Both the position numbers and the translations under genes were made by a program. A stretch of DNA of 64,000 nucleotides from Dicyema japonicum. Its lineage: Eukaryota > Animalia > Dicyemida. The stretch covers positions 679,304 to 743,303 of the forward strand of contig RDEW01000018.1 of the NCBI GenBank assembly GCA_011109175.1, written 5' to 3'. Shown here piece after piece: positions 1-11,569 of this stretch. Every line of letters begins with the position of its first letter. Position 1 is the first letter of the stretch. Below the pieces are notes generated by a model, which was given only the letters and a program-made list of their open reading frames with translations, was not told where the DNA came from and searched no databases.

Positions 1-239
1 GGCGCCAACTCTAACACAAGGTAGAGTGGGGCTTCTCCGGGGGTATTATCGCCACCACAGTTTGTGATGTTGTTATTATAGGTGTTCTGTTGTGTTGCTT
101 TAGTCGTGAGGGGTTTTTTAACTGTTAGACTCCTCATGTCCTTCAGAATCAGTAGTTGATTTATTTTTTAATTAATATTTGGTTTATCTTTCGTTTCCTG
201 ATTGGTCATAGTGCATTTATAGAGTCTCTCCTTGTCCAT

Positions 240-480
240 CGGAGGGTCGGTGTAGTTAGCCACTATTGTGTCGGATTGGTATTTCTGAGTGCTTATATCC
301 TAAGAGATTATACTCTAAATATTTGTTGTACAAAATAATTGGAATTATTAGGAATTATTCTTATGTTCTCCGTCCGACTTTGTCGTGGGCAGGAAATCTC
401 AGGATTGATTTGTGTGTGCAACTGCCTTATGGTTGTAGAGAATATGTGACAATTCAAAATCCCCAATAATGTGTAATTTG
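240..480 (+). mobile_element. Degenerate LINE RT C-terminal (thumb) fragment, CR1-like
   Basis: ORF 266-469 KIIGIIRNYSYVLRPTL...LPYGCREY resembles the LINE RT thumb pattern K.IGI.RKL...LP..TL...Y....P.L.YG; broken by stops. Confidence 0.35.
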
Positions 481-1599
481 ATGTTATTATCTTAATTGAT
501 CCTGACTTTTGATTTTTGCTATTTAATTAATGCTTTGTTGACAGTCAGAAGGGGAGGGACGGTCGTGGAGTGGGAGTAGGGCAGATTATGAGAAAGTGCA
601 TTGTCAATCATGGTTAATTATTTCCTTAAACAATAAACTTACACAAATCCCTTTACAAAAGCAGATATTAGATTATAATATCAAAATAGCTTATTTATCA
701 TTTCTGAGAATTTAGATATGAACAAATGCGAGATAATGAACTGTTTATGCATTATGGTTATTGGGTATTAAGCAGATTGCTTCCGCTTAGTCATAGTCGC
801 CTTCTGAGTGGATGAGAAGATAGATTGCGGGCGATATTGAAATTCTGGAGAATGGAGATGGTCTCCACAGCACGTGTGGGTTGAATTGTCCGCGCAATAT
901 CTACTGTTTCTTGGTTGGTGGAGCATGAATTGTTAGTAATGTCTATACTTATGTTCCCGAATAAAGATTAATGTGTAATTAGGCAGATGACGTAGTTAAG
1001 TTGGCCTTTATGGTTTTAGTTATAAAATTAAGGTATTTGAAAGAGTCACACTTCGCCTTTGTTCTTCACCTTTTAAGAACTTGATAAATTCCGGAGACTT
1101 AACCTCAAAACATTCCCCTGAATTCACTGGACAATCTCATGATAAGACGAAGAATGTGCTAACTTGAAATATTTGCATCTAAAACAAGCAAACCCTTGAC
1201 TATTGATAATTATGATTTTCATAATAGCACTTACTTGTAGATAATGCAAAACGTTAAATGACTACAACGTAATCTCATAAAATGTAATACGTATATTATT
1301 CTCTTATTACATCATTCGCCCACTTTTGACTATATAGTCAACTATTTATATAAATTATCTACGAAGTTAAAATCCTAAAATGATCTGGAACTAGATTACA
1401 TCTTTAAAGAGATATACCGCCAAACACACGTCAAACCGCACAAGACGTACCTGACAACCAATTCAACACGAAAACCTATTTTTTCTACAGTTTATCGTTT
1501 GTATTTTTGCTTAAGAGAAATCGTCTTGATATCATTTTCTTTCAATTTTACTAATTATTAAAATGATTAAAAATAAAGACATTTTTGAATTTATTAACT

Positions 1600-2615
1600 A
1601 GACCACGGGAAGCATACGTCGAAGACAGAAAGGCTGGGAGGGCGAGTTTAAGTGGCGAGCGTATCCCAATTCCTCCATAACGAAGTGGTAACTTGCATTT
1701 GGTCCACCATGCTTTATCCAGAGGGATGTTAAGTGTTTCTTCAACAGAGGTCCTCAGCTTCTCATCGATAACTCTCAAGAAATCCATGTCTGTGAAACAT
1801 GGGGACGTCCGTAGAAAAAAATAGGAGTCGGGTAAGGTGAAAATTCTTGAGGATGAAGAGAGAAATGTGGGAGTCCAAAGCCTTTAGATTGTGCGTGAGC
1901 AGCTGTAGGATTCACTCTTCTCCTCCAGGACAGTTGACATGTCATACAGAGGAGAGGAAAATCTCCTTTTCTAGTCGGGTGACTTTGATGTCCTGAAGGC
2001 AAGTAGAAATGGTCGTTATTGCGCGTTCAAAGGTGTCCTCTCCACAGGTCACGTTAATAACTTCGCACTTCGATGGATTCGGCTCCAGCTGAGTGCTGCG
2101 AGGGCAGGGATGACGCGTTTAACCTCTTCCACAACAATTTCCCAACTCCCCACAATGGTCGCGTCATCAGGTACCATAAGTTCAAGGGAGTTTTGATCGC
2201 AGATGATAGACAGTCGATTCCCAAAGCAAAGAGTAGGGGGCCAAGTGGGTCTCCTTGTTGGACTCCAGTCTTGGACTTGATGGCGTGTTGTCCGAAGATC
2301 AGAGTACACGTGGAACCATATGAGAGTCTAACCATCCTGCTGATCTCAGGAATCCTATAGACACTATCTTCTATGATTCTATCCCTTCGGATGTTATTGA
2401 ATGCATTATTATGTCCAGCTTGACTATAATTGAATCCTGCGCGTCAGGAGGGCTGGCAACAAAATTCCGGATTGAATGTATTACTGCTTCACATTCATTA
2501 GGTACTCCAAATCCGAGTTGGACAGGACTAAGTTCGGCACTCAAAGTCTTGCTGGCTGCTCTGGCAGCGATCTTCGACGATAGTTCACCAGATCCTACGA
2601 TACATTAACGGATCG
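1600..2615 (-). mobile_element. CRE-like RLE non-LTR retrotransposon, RT domain (inverted 5' segment)
   Basis: Minus-strand frames give QLGFGVPNECEAVIHSIR, IVKLD, KTGVQQGDPLGPLLFALGI, NLWYL/DD and KLPLRYGGIGIRSPLKLALPAFLSS; frameshifted. Confidence 0.85.
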
Positions 2616-2619
2616 GACA

Positions 2620-3509
2620 ATGAACCAATGGCATGCATGGCTCACGATGTTTGGATTGGACTTAATTTGGGACTCTCGAAGAACTTCAACTTCAACAAAC
2701 AACGAGACTGGAACGAACTTGTGTGTTCGAGGACCATCGATGAGCTAAAACCACAACTCGACCAGCATCGTCTGGCTTGTCTGGCTACCGCATTAACAAA
2801 CTTAAGTGGTGTATGGCTCAAAGCATTCCCGTGCATTTCACTCGGAACTTTTCTGGACGATGACTCCACGAGGATTGGGGTTTGCGTCCGCCTCGGAATC
2901 GATGTTTGCGCAATCCATCGCTGTATATGCGGAGGAATAGTCGACGCGAAAGGACTCTACGCACTTTCCTGCCGAAGGAGCGCTGGAAGGAGCCTGAGAA
3001 ATAGTGCAAACAACAAGGTTATTGCGTGGGTACTAGAAGCTGCCGGATTCCCTGTCCAGATGGAGCCCTTTGGACTTGCCACGGCAAACAGAGAGCCGGA
3101 TGGAGCGACTCTGTTCCCGTGGGATGCTGTGAAGTACCTTGCCTGGGATGCCACCTGCGTAGATAGCTTCTCCCCTTCCAATATTACAATGATTGCGACA
3201 AATCCAGGCTCAGCTGCAGAGAAAGCAGAAATACTTAAAGCAAAGAAGTACACATGCCTCGGCGAGCAGTACACATTTGAACCAGTCGCAGTCGAAACTT
3301 CGGGAGTCATAGGAAGCAGGTCGTTAGCCTGCTCAACAAAATTGGATCGATAGTCGCTAAAAGGAGGAGGGATGTCAGAGAGAAGGGCTGGCTCATCGAG
3401 CGCATCTCCTTACAGATCGTAAGGGGAAATGCGCTCTCAATCCTGAGAGCAGCCAGTAGCCTTTAACTATTTGGTTTTATTCTTCAATAAATTGTTATTA
3501 TTTAAAAAA
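2620..3509 (+). mobile_element. CRE-like RLE retrotransposon, 3' segment (CCHC knuckle + restriction-like endonuclease) with AATAAA and A-tail
   Basis: ORF 2628-3353: HRCICGGIVDAKGLYALSC, EPDGATLFPW...LAWDATCVD, FEPVAVETSG; continues to ERISLQIVRGNA; ends AATAAA...A8. 12-bp direct repeat aatttattaact at 1588-1599 and 3510-3521. Confidence 0.85.
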
Positions 3510-3544
3510 AATTTATTAACTTATCAATATATTTCATCGAAAAC

Positions 3545-3880
3545 AATTAATGGGCCTAGGTTTGGCTCAAGAAGATTTCAAATAAGAAATTATACTCTGT
3601 GGCACAATCGAGGCCAATAAGCATAGACATTATTGAATCAAGATGGAGACTGTTTTAGAACGTGCATAGAATGGACATAAACGGCCCTGCAAATATAATT
3701 ATGGACAATTACTATGACAATGAGAACAAACCATCGTTCAGAGAAAGGCCTAGAGTCACCCTCCCCGTGGCTCTAAACAAGAATCTTAATGGAATTGGAA
3801 GAAAACTTAAATCTGCCGAAGACCCAGAAGATCTACGGACATATACGCAAAGAGAGGGCGATGAAGACGCCTAGTGAAGC
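3545..3880 (+). mobile_element. RTE-clade LINE 3' coding fragment
   Basis: WLKKISNKKLY...PISIDIIESRWR...HRMDINGPANIIMDNYY...RERPRVTLPVALNKNL matches the RTE ORF C-terminal pattern. Confidence 0.6.
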
Positions 3881-4139
3881 AAATTTCGGAACGTGTGGCA
3901 CAAACGGGACCTTAAGTAATATAACGTTCTTTGGTCTTGTGAAAGTGATTTTAATAATAATGATAGGAAAGCCGTTTGCTAAAAAATGCTATTTAATAAA
4001 AAATCACAAAAATTTGGAATTTTATTAAACTAAAAATCATTGAATATTAATTTAGTTATTTTTTTCCAAAATAAACTGATATCTTTTGCTAATTTATGTA
4101 AATGCTTTATGCTAATTTATGTAAAAACACATATTATAC

Positions 4140-5470
4140 AATCGAGAACTCAGGCTAATGACGTTCAACGTACGTGGAATATCGAAAGTTTGGACAAGGA
4201 AAGTACTTTGTGACGATCTCGAGAACTACAAAATATTTATTGGCTACAATAGACGAAAATCGAAAATAGACGCGATGAGATATGGAACAACTGCCGACTG
4301 ATTCTCTTCCCAACTAAATGCTAGCACTACAGCATGGATTTGCCTTACACGTGTATTATCTCAGAAAATTACATCGCTATTGAAGAGTCAACGACCGAAT
4401 ATATGTCCTACAAGTCAAACTAAATGAACTATGCCCGTCCAAGAGTCTATTAACTGTCATAAATGTCTATGCACCACACTGTGACGAGTAATCAAGAACC
4501 CTAGTGAGCTCGAGGAATTCTACTCAGAACTATCAAACACATACTCTAATAATTCTTCTTGTCCCTTGTCTTTGTTGCGGGAGATATGAGTGGAAAGCGG
4601 AACGCGAATGGGGCCGAAGAATCCTCTATTGGAAGACACGGCACGGAAAGAGAAATGCATCTGGAGCCTCTCTGGTGAACTTCTGCGAAGCAAATAGCTT
4701 TTTTCCTGTGGCAACACACGGCCTTCCACGCACTTAGCTTGCCACAAGACGACGTGGCATGGACAGAAGAAAAAAACTCTGTCGGGGACCGTGAATATAT
4801 ATCAAATCGACTACATTATCTGCCGGAAGTCTGATAAACATCTGATAAATAATGCACGTTCTTACAGAGACAACAACTGACAGCGACCACAGGATCGTCA
4901 TTGCAAAACTTTTTGTAAAAAAGCACCTGACTGGAAAAAAATACATTGAAACGTGAGAAAATGAGACAAGGCACAATATGTACTTTCAGACAGAAAAAAA
5001 TGTGGTTAGAGCCATTGTAGAGCTAAAATATCACGAATAAATCGAGACTCTTATAGAAAACCGCACCGGAATCATCAGTACGAACTCTGTGGGGATCAAA
5101 CAAAGCAGGTAATCTCCAAGTTGGCCAATATATGCCTTGGAGTCCGGAGTCATCACGCCCTAAAATTGAATCACCACCCAAACGTGCCAGATATGGCAAA
5201 AGCATTGCAGAGAGCTACGGCTAAAAGCGCGCAAACGTCAGAAAAGAGTAAAAAAAGCTTAATATCCAACAAATGTTACTAAAATGGAGAATCAAAAGAT
5301 GAACAGAAACACTCACGGGAAATTACATCACTATTAAAATGTTGAATGCCTAAAGACATTCCGACTGCCTTTAACAAAGACTTAAATTGTGTGAGAAAAA
5401 ATATAAAGACGGGGGACGACCTGGGCGAATTGAGATCACTCGCATTCGACAGAGGAAAATGAAGACTTAC
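4140..5470 (+). mobile_element. RTE-clade LINE relic: AP endonuclease fused by internal deletion to the 3' tail
   Basis: LTVINVYAPH, GKRNASGASLVNFCEANSF, HKTTW, IDYII, TDSDHRIVIAK (APE motifs), followed by KDIPTAFNKDL...DDLGELRSLAFDR (RTE C-terminus); many stops. Confidence 0.65.
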
Positions 5471-6122
5471 TATAAATATTGTTCTTTGAGTGTTGCACAT
5501 GGGCTATAGACATTATGGCTCTCGTGGAAGTGCCATAATAATAATAAGAGCGTTTATATATTCTTGTTCGTTAGTAGATATAAGATCAAAATCACAGAAA
5601 GCACATATTTATGCCAAGAAATATTCTGTTTTTATACTCAACTTTACGGGAAACTATGTAATTCAAAAATTTCTATTTTAATAGACTGTGTTACAAAAAT
5701 TTTCTGTTAACACACAGTGTAAAACGTAAAGAATTTAAAGTGAAAGACTATTTATATTTTTGGACAACATGTGTTTGATTAAAGATGAAAACACATTATG
5801 GAAATGTTAAAGAATTAATATTGGGATAAAGGAATCAGTTGTAAAAAACAAATGAAGAAAAGAATTATTTTCTATAATTTGACAACTAACTAACTTGGTT
5901 TAATTAAATTGGGTAGGTGCTAACCAAAACAAAATATTACTCCTTGAATCTTCCTGAAAGTTATAATTGTTTCAGAATCTAGCGCGACGAAATATTGTAA
6001 ACGGAAAATCTAGAGTTCAGTCTCTGTTGAAAGAGTTATTTCGATAATATCTAAGATTCACAAAAATATCGAAATTTTTAAAAATATAATATTTATTACT
6101 CTTTGATTTCATTCTATAATAA

Positions 6123-9100
6123 AACACCCCACTTTATTTACAAACAATAAAAAAGTTAATATATTTAATCAACAACCTTCCTCGCCTGCCTGTTCGCCAG
6201 CCTCCTCCGGCAGGTTCGATTCTGGTTGCTGAAACAACTCCGAGAGCGCCTTGTCTAATTGAACCCTCTGGCCATATGGCATCTCAGGGCTCTGCCTCCT
6301 ATACTCCAGTGTCAGGCTCTCTAGGGTCCGCTTTAACACAGTGGACTGTAGATAGGCCTGGAGCTTCCTATCTACCCCCAACTGCTTCAGATAACTTTTG
6401 TGGTACTTTGTTGCAATTCCTTCCCACGTCATTACTATAGGTAACGAGGACCTTGCAACCAAACATCTGCCCCATCTCGTTTGCAAGAAAGTCATATTTC
6501 CTTTTTTTCTCCACCTCCACATTCTGCAAACGGTCTTGAGACGTGATCTTTATTATAAGGACTTGGCCAGACTCCTTATCGTGTACCACAATGTCCGGTT
6601 TATTGTGCTTGACTAGCAACGAGGTACGATAACACTGTCTACCTTAATTTGGATCCTGGTGTTCTTTACTACAGATTGCACCTTATGAATCCGCAACTTT
6701 CTGTTGTGGCGAATACCATACTTATTGCATAGTAAAGATGAAGACTCCTTGCTACCTCGTTGCCTCCACACATAGTCGTGGCAGATCATGGATTCACATC
6801 GAGTGGCTAAATGATCAACCGACATGCTCCTTGACTTACAGTGGGGACATGTATTGTTGATCGACCCCAAAAATATTGCTGTCTTGCATATACGTGTACA
6901 GCGCCTCCGATCAAGGTGAGTTGTCACCGTATTTTTGCCATATTGTCGACGACTTAAGGTCGACATGTGGGTTTTCCAATGTTCTGAAAAGGACCTTATG
7001 AAGCTTTTTAAGTTGATCTTTTCCATCAAATTATTATATTTGTAATTCGATTAACGCTTACGCTCACTTAGTTGGACTACTCCACACAGTCCACGGCCGA
7101 ATTTCTCAAGTGGTAAATATAGTCTTTCCTTATTGGCTGCCAGCACATGGACATGGTTCTCTCTGAGTACTCAACTGATCATAACATCCACCTCATCATA
7201 CTCTTTGGGCTCAAACTCCACAACACCTATGTAGTAGTTTAGCAACGAGACAGCATACTCATTTAATGTTAAGAACAAATTCCTTGCATTTAGAGACGTT
7301 TACACAATAACGCTGCTCTTTTACGGATGCCTTCAGTAATTTGTCGCTTTGTCTCAGGCATTATAAGGGACTTTGGAGATTCGGTAACACCCAGATACTT
7401 ATATCCTTCGTGTTCCTCTAGGACTCTTACTAACTCGCTACATACTTGCGTGTTAGTCGCAGACTTTGAATAATTCAAATCTAGCCCTATACTCTCAAAG
7501 AATTCCCTGGCACAGACCCCCATGGAGTAGAGCTCCTCGGCTGTTCGAGCATACATCTTCAGGTCATCGATAAAAAGAAGGTGATTTGTACTGAAACAGA
7601 CCCCTTCACAATGAACTGGTATTTGCTCAAACCGGTCATTGAGGCGGCGACTCAATGGGCTCCAAACAGAGAACAAAGAGTAGCGGAGACATGCTATCCC
7701 CCTGAAGGATCCCCCTCTTGAGTTTTACCTCGCCTATCCGGTGCCTATATAGTTCAGATGAATACTCCACCTATTCATCACAGCCACTACAAAGCTGATG
7801 AACCACACAGGCATACACAGACTGTGTAGGCACTCGACAAGGTAAGAATGATCAACTTAATCGTAAGCCTTTTTCACGTCCACCCACATGACAATAGTGA
7901 GTTTCCGTAAGACACAGAAAGGCATTTGTTGACCAAAGCCAGCTCTTTTGCCCCCTGACAATTTCGCACAGTTCCCAACTGATTCTCGGAGAGAATCCCA
8001 TTTGCTTCTACAAAGCTCCTGACCTCATTAGCCACCAATTTGTCATCAGCTTATACAGGGTTGGCATGCAGGTTATCGGTCGATAATCTGCAGCAGACTG
8101 GGGGTTGTCCAGCTTTGGGATCAAATAAGTTGTCCCTGTGCATGCCCAATCAGGAATCGTTTCCGGGTTAGTGATGCTTTTCTGTAATACACGACACATA
8201 GACTCGTGTAATGAAGTGCATCTTTTGATAAAGAAATTATAAACTTTATCGACCCCGGTCGTCTTCCAATCAGGGAGATGTCTCACTACCGCCTCAAATT
8301 TCTTGCGAAAATCGAAAATTCCGCAAGATTCCGCCAAGAAAGGAGCGGCGCTGTACGGGACATTCCACGCATTTCCTCTGCGTGGTTTAGCCTCCCACAT
8401 ACTACCCCATGTGGAAAGCATTTCCGCGTCCTGCTGGGAACATACACTATGGCCATTTTCGTGTAGGCGACGGTAAAACAATCTGCGATTAAACTCAAAC
8501 AGATTATTTTCTCTCCTTCTCTTACACCGACTTTCATGTGTATAGAGTTTCCTCTTATACACCATTATTGCCCCCTCTAACTCCACCTTTGCCCTCCTCA
8601 ACTCTTTGAGGTCCCATTTGGGAACACGGAGTTTACTAATTAGCCCCTTTACTATAGCCGGTGCTTTTCCTCTAACCCCTCTCGCCACACTACTTATGTG
8701 CCCCTCCAGTGCTTCCAGCTCAGTCTGTCTCCAAGCAATCTTGGCACAGATCTGCTCCCTCCATTTACTGGGTGGTCTGGGCTTGTCCGTCAATTCCTCA
8801 TAGGTGATCTGTGCTGCATACAGCACTAGGGAGATGTCACCCAATGACCCTACTGGCTTAGCCTCCACCGCATAAGCCACAGCCTTATTGATGCAGGTTA
8901 ACACTACACCGTTAACCTTACAATGAGGAATCTTGCGGGTAAATCTACGGTCCTCAAGTGGGACATCTGCCGCTGCAGCGAGATTCCGCGCAAAGACCTC
9001 ATAAACATGCTTGAGCTGCAACGTATCACAGCTCTGGTGCTCGTGCTCTCTTTGACAGTTGTGGTCACCTGGTCCCCGCCCCTTTAGACCAGTACCCTCT

Positions 9101-9418
9101 TTGCCTACAGCCATCTTCTTGAGTTCACTCACAGATATAGCAGTACTGAATCTGCCACTGCAGAGCTCCGCCAAGTATGGCCATCCATTCCAGGGCATTC
9201 GAGATAGCCTGCTACGTACCTGCAGGACTACCTGCCTCGCCCATTCTTTTGGGTCATCTGCCACAACGCTCTCGGATATGGCAAGAATTACATTCATACC
9301 ATCAGGTAACGCAAGTGACCCTTCTCCTTTTTTCCTTTCAACATTTTTGCCAACTCGAGAGAGTTTTAACGCCACCGAATCGAACGCACGTTGCATGTTT
9401 TCAACAAAAATAATAATC
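6123..9418 (-). mobile_element. R4/Dong-like RLE non-LTR retrotransposon, near full length, disrupted
   Basis: ORF 8008-9396 ends DYRPITCMPTLYK; then WVDVKKAYD, GILQGDSMSPL, NHLLFIDDLK, YKYLG, CPHCKSRSMSVDHLATRC (CCHC) and KPDIVVHDKESGQVLIIKIT (PD-(D/E)xK). Candidate 9-bp TSD ctataataa at 6114-6122 and 9419-9427. Confidence 0.85.
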
Positions 9419-9614
9419 CTATAATAACTAATTTTTAACCATTTGATGAGAAAATTAAAAAAATGCTACATTAATTATTTTAAATTGCTATTTTACAGTT
9501 GCTTAATTATCTGTCACCCGTACAATTGGATCTAAATTTTAAGTAAATTTATATTTATGTATGAAATATAATATAATCACTGATAGAATTAGTAAACAGA
9601 ATATTATTATAATA

Positions 9615-10558
9615 TTAATGATTGAATAATCCAATCTGTAATGGATAATAACGTCTTCTTTTATATTTTATTATGTAAGCCACAGCAAGTATTACAACAA
9701 TTCCACCAATTACACAAACAGCTATTATATTTTGGTTTTCTAAATTTAACTTAATATTACTGATTGGATGAAACTTTATATTACTTAAATAACTTTGAGT
9801 AGTAATTGTCTTTAATTTTGTATTTAAAGCAATTGAAGTTAATTTTTTGTTTTTAAATTCTATAAATTTCCTTTTAGAATAGTACTGTTTATATAACTTT
9901 GAGTTGTAGTTGTCTGTATTTTTGTATTTAAATGGGTTGTTGATTTTAATCTGTTATTTCTTTTGAAATCACATCCGAGATCTAAATATAGACAATTATG
10001 AGTACCATTTCCAGTAAGTAATGTATAATTATCTGTTTTTAATATTTGCATTTTCATATCTTTTATTTTTATTTTACCATATTTAGAAGTAGGTACAACT
10101 ATTTCACTGCAGTTATAATAACCGTTATTTAAAATTTTTTTATTTTCAACTGCATGACCACTATTAGTGGAAATCAGTGATAATCCCCAAGAAACAGAAC
10201 ATATATTAGTTGATCTTAAATAATCAACCATTATTGAAAAAAATATATCATTTTTCTTCCATTTAAGGATTAAATCAAAACGGTTAAATTTTACGAAATC
10301 AAAAATTGCGTCATTTAAATTTTCATATATTATCTTTATTAAATATAATGTGATTACAGTATTATTAATTTTATATTCAATGTCAATTTTTCCAGTAAAC
10401 AATGATACAATCCGATCATCCTCTAAAGCACCCCACATTGGGACATTATTATACAACTTATTAAAGGTCTTAATATTCTATACTAGTGATTTATTGGTTA
10501 CCATACACATATATATTACTATTATTAATTTATTTTGTAAACCTAGTAATTGGAGCAT
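9615..10558 (-). CDS. LAMP-like type-I membrane glycoprotein, paralogue 1 (reconstructable as intact after splicing)
   Basis: ATG at 10558. Removing GT-AG introns 10501-10478 (24 nt), 10357-10334 (24 nt) and 9885-9860 (26 nt), optionally 10542-10519 (24 nt), gives one ORF to TAA at 9615: hydrophobic N-terminus, NGYYNCSE...KIKIKDMKMQI LAMP-like lumenal segment, Thr-rich stalk, TM AVCVIGGIVVILAVAYII, tail KYKRRRYYPLQIGLFNH. Confidence 0.7.
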
Positions 10559-10689
10559 CTTCACAGCAATTATTCTAATTATGAATTTAATTTTAATTTA
10601 AAATTATTAAACTTATTAATTTTTATTTATTACTGTCTCATTATAATGCTAATTCTTTTACAAAGTCGACAAGAGACTTATCATGTTGC

Positions 10690-11520
10690 AGATCTATTAT
10701 TAAAACTGATTATTTCAAAAATACGTATTGTATTCAAGAGAACTAAACAAGAGACGACCGTAATTTTTTAACAACAAAACAGTGGGTTTTTTACCCGAAA
10801 AGAACTGGTGCTCACCATCTAAACTAGGAGATTGTGAATGTTATAGATACTAGTAGGCAGTTACCCGCTAAGAAACTTTTTATCCGAAGACAGTCTTTCG
10901 TCTTAAAAAGGAGGAACAAATAAAAATGAGATTATGTTTATAATAGGAGTCCAACTAGGATCTGTTTTGATCCCAATTTTATTCGACATATTCATTGTAA
11001 GTTTTTCAATATAAAAAAATTAATATTGGACTAATTATACATGCCGATGACGTCAAAGTTGTCGACACACTCTAAGGGATGAGTTTACGAGTATGTTGGT
11101 TCAAATGATGGCGCAATATGAAAGGATAAAGCTCTCTGATCACATTGAAGATTATTTGAAAATGTCAGAGCAATAAAAAAGAGGCTTATCAAGCTCTTCT
11201 CAGTGCTCGCAAGTTACTTGTAGATATGAACACTTTACTTTATTTTCAGTTAATCAATATCGATTTGATTTTCTGAGTGCGAGATGAGACTTTCTTTAAA
11301 GAAAGAAAAAATTATATTTCTATTGGAGAAAATGAGAACGACAATAATGATATCAATTGATAGCTTAATGAAGAACTAAATAAGTAATAAAAGATAAACC
11401 TCATTTCTATTTATAGTATAATGCAGGAGAAGATCGATACCAACAAAAAGAGGTCAAATATGCAAAACACAAACAAAAAACCAATAGAAATAGCTGGATG
11501 GATGGAGGGTCTAGGGAGAA
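10690..11520 (+). mobile_element. Highly decayed CR1-like RT relic (duplicated at about 14560-15430 and 30770-31750)
   Basis: Residual IGVQLGSVLIPILFDIFI and a degenerate YADD (catgccgatgacgtcaaa); three similar copies in the window. Confidence 0.55.
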
Positions 11521-11569
11521 GTGTCCATTCACAAAAAGTAGCTCAATATGATTGTCGATTGATCTTTGT

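Noticed and set aside
1-12. ggcgccaac as an LTR primer-binding site
   Set aside because: Cut by the window edge, only a partial match, and no LTR or gag follows.
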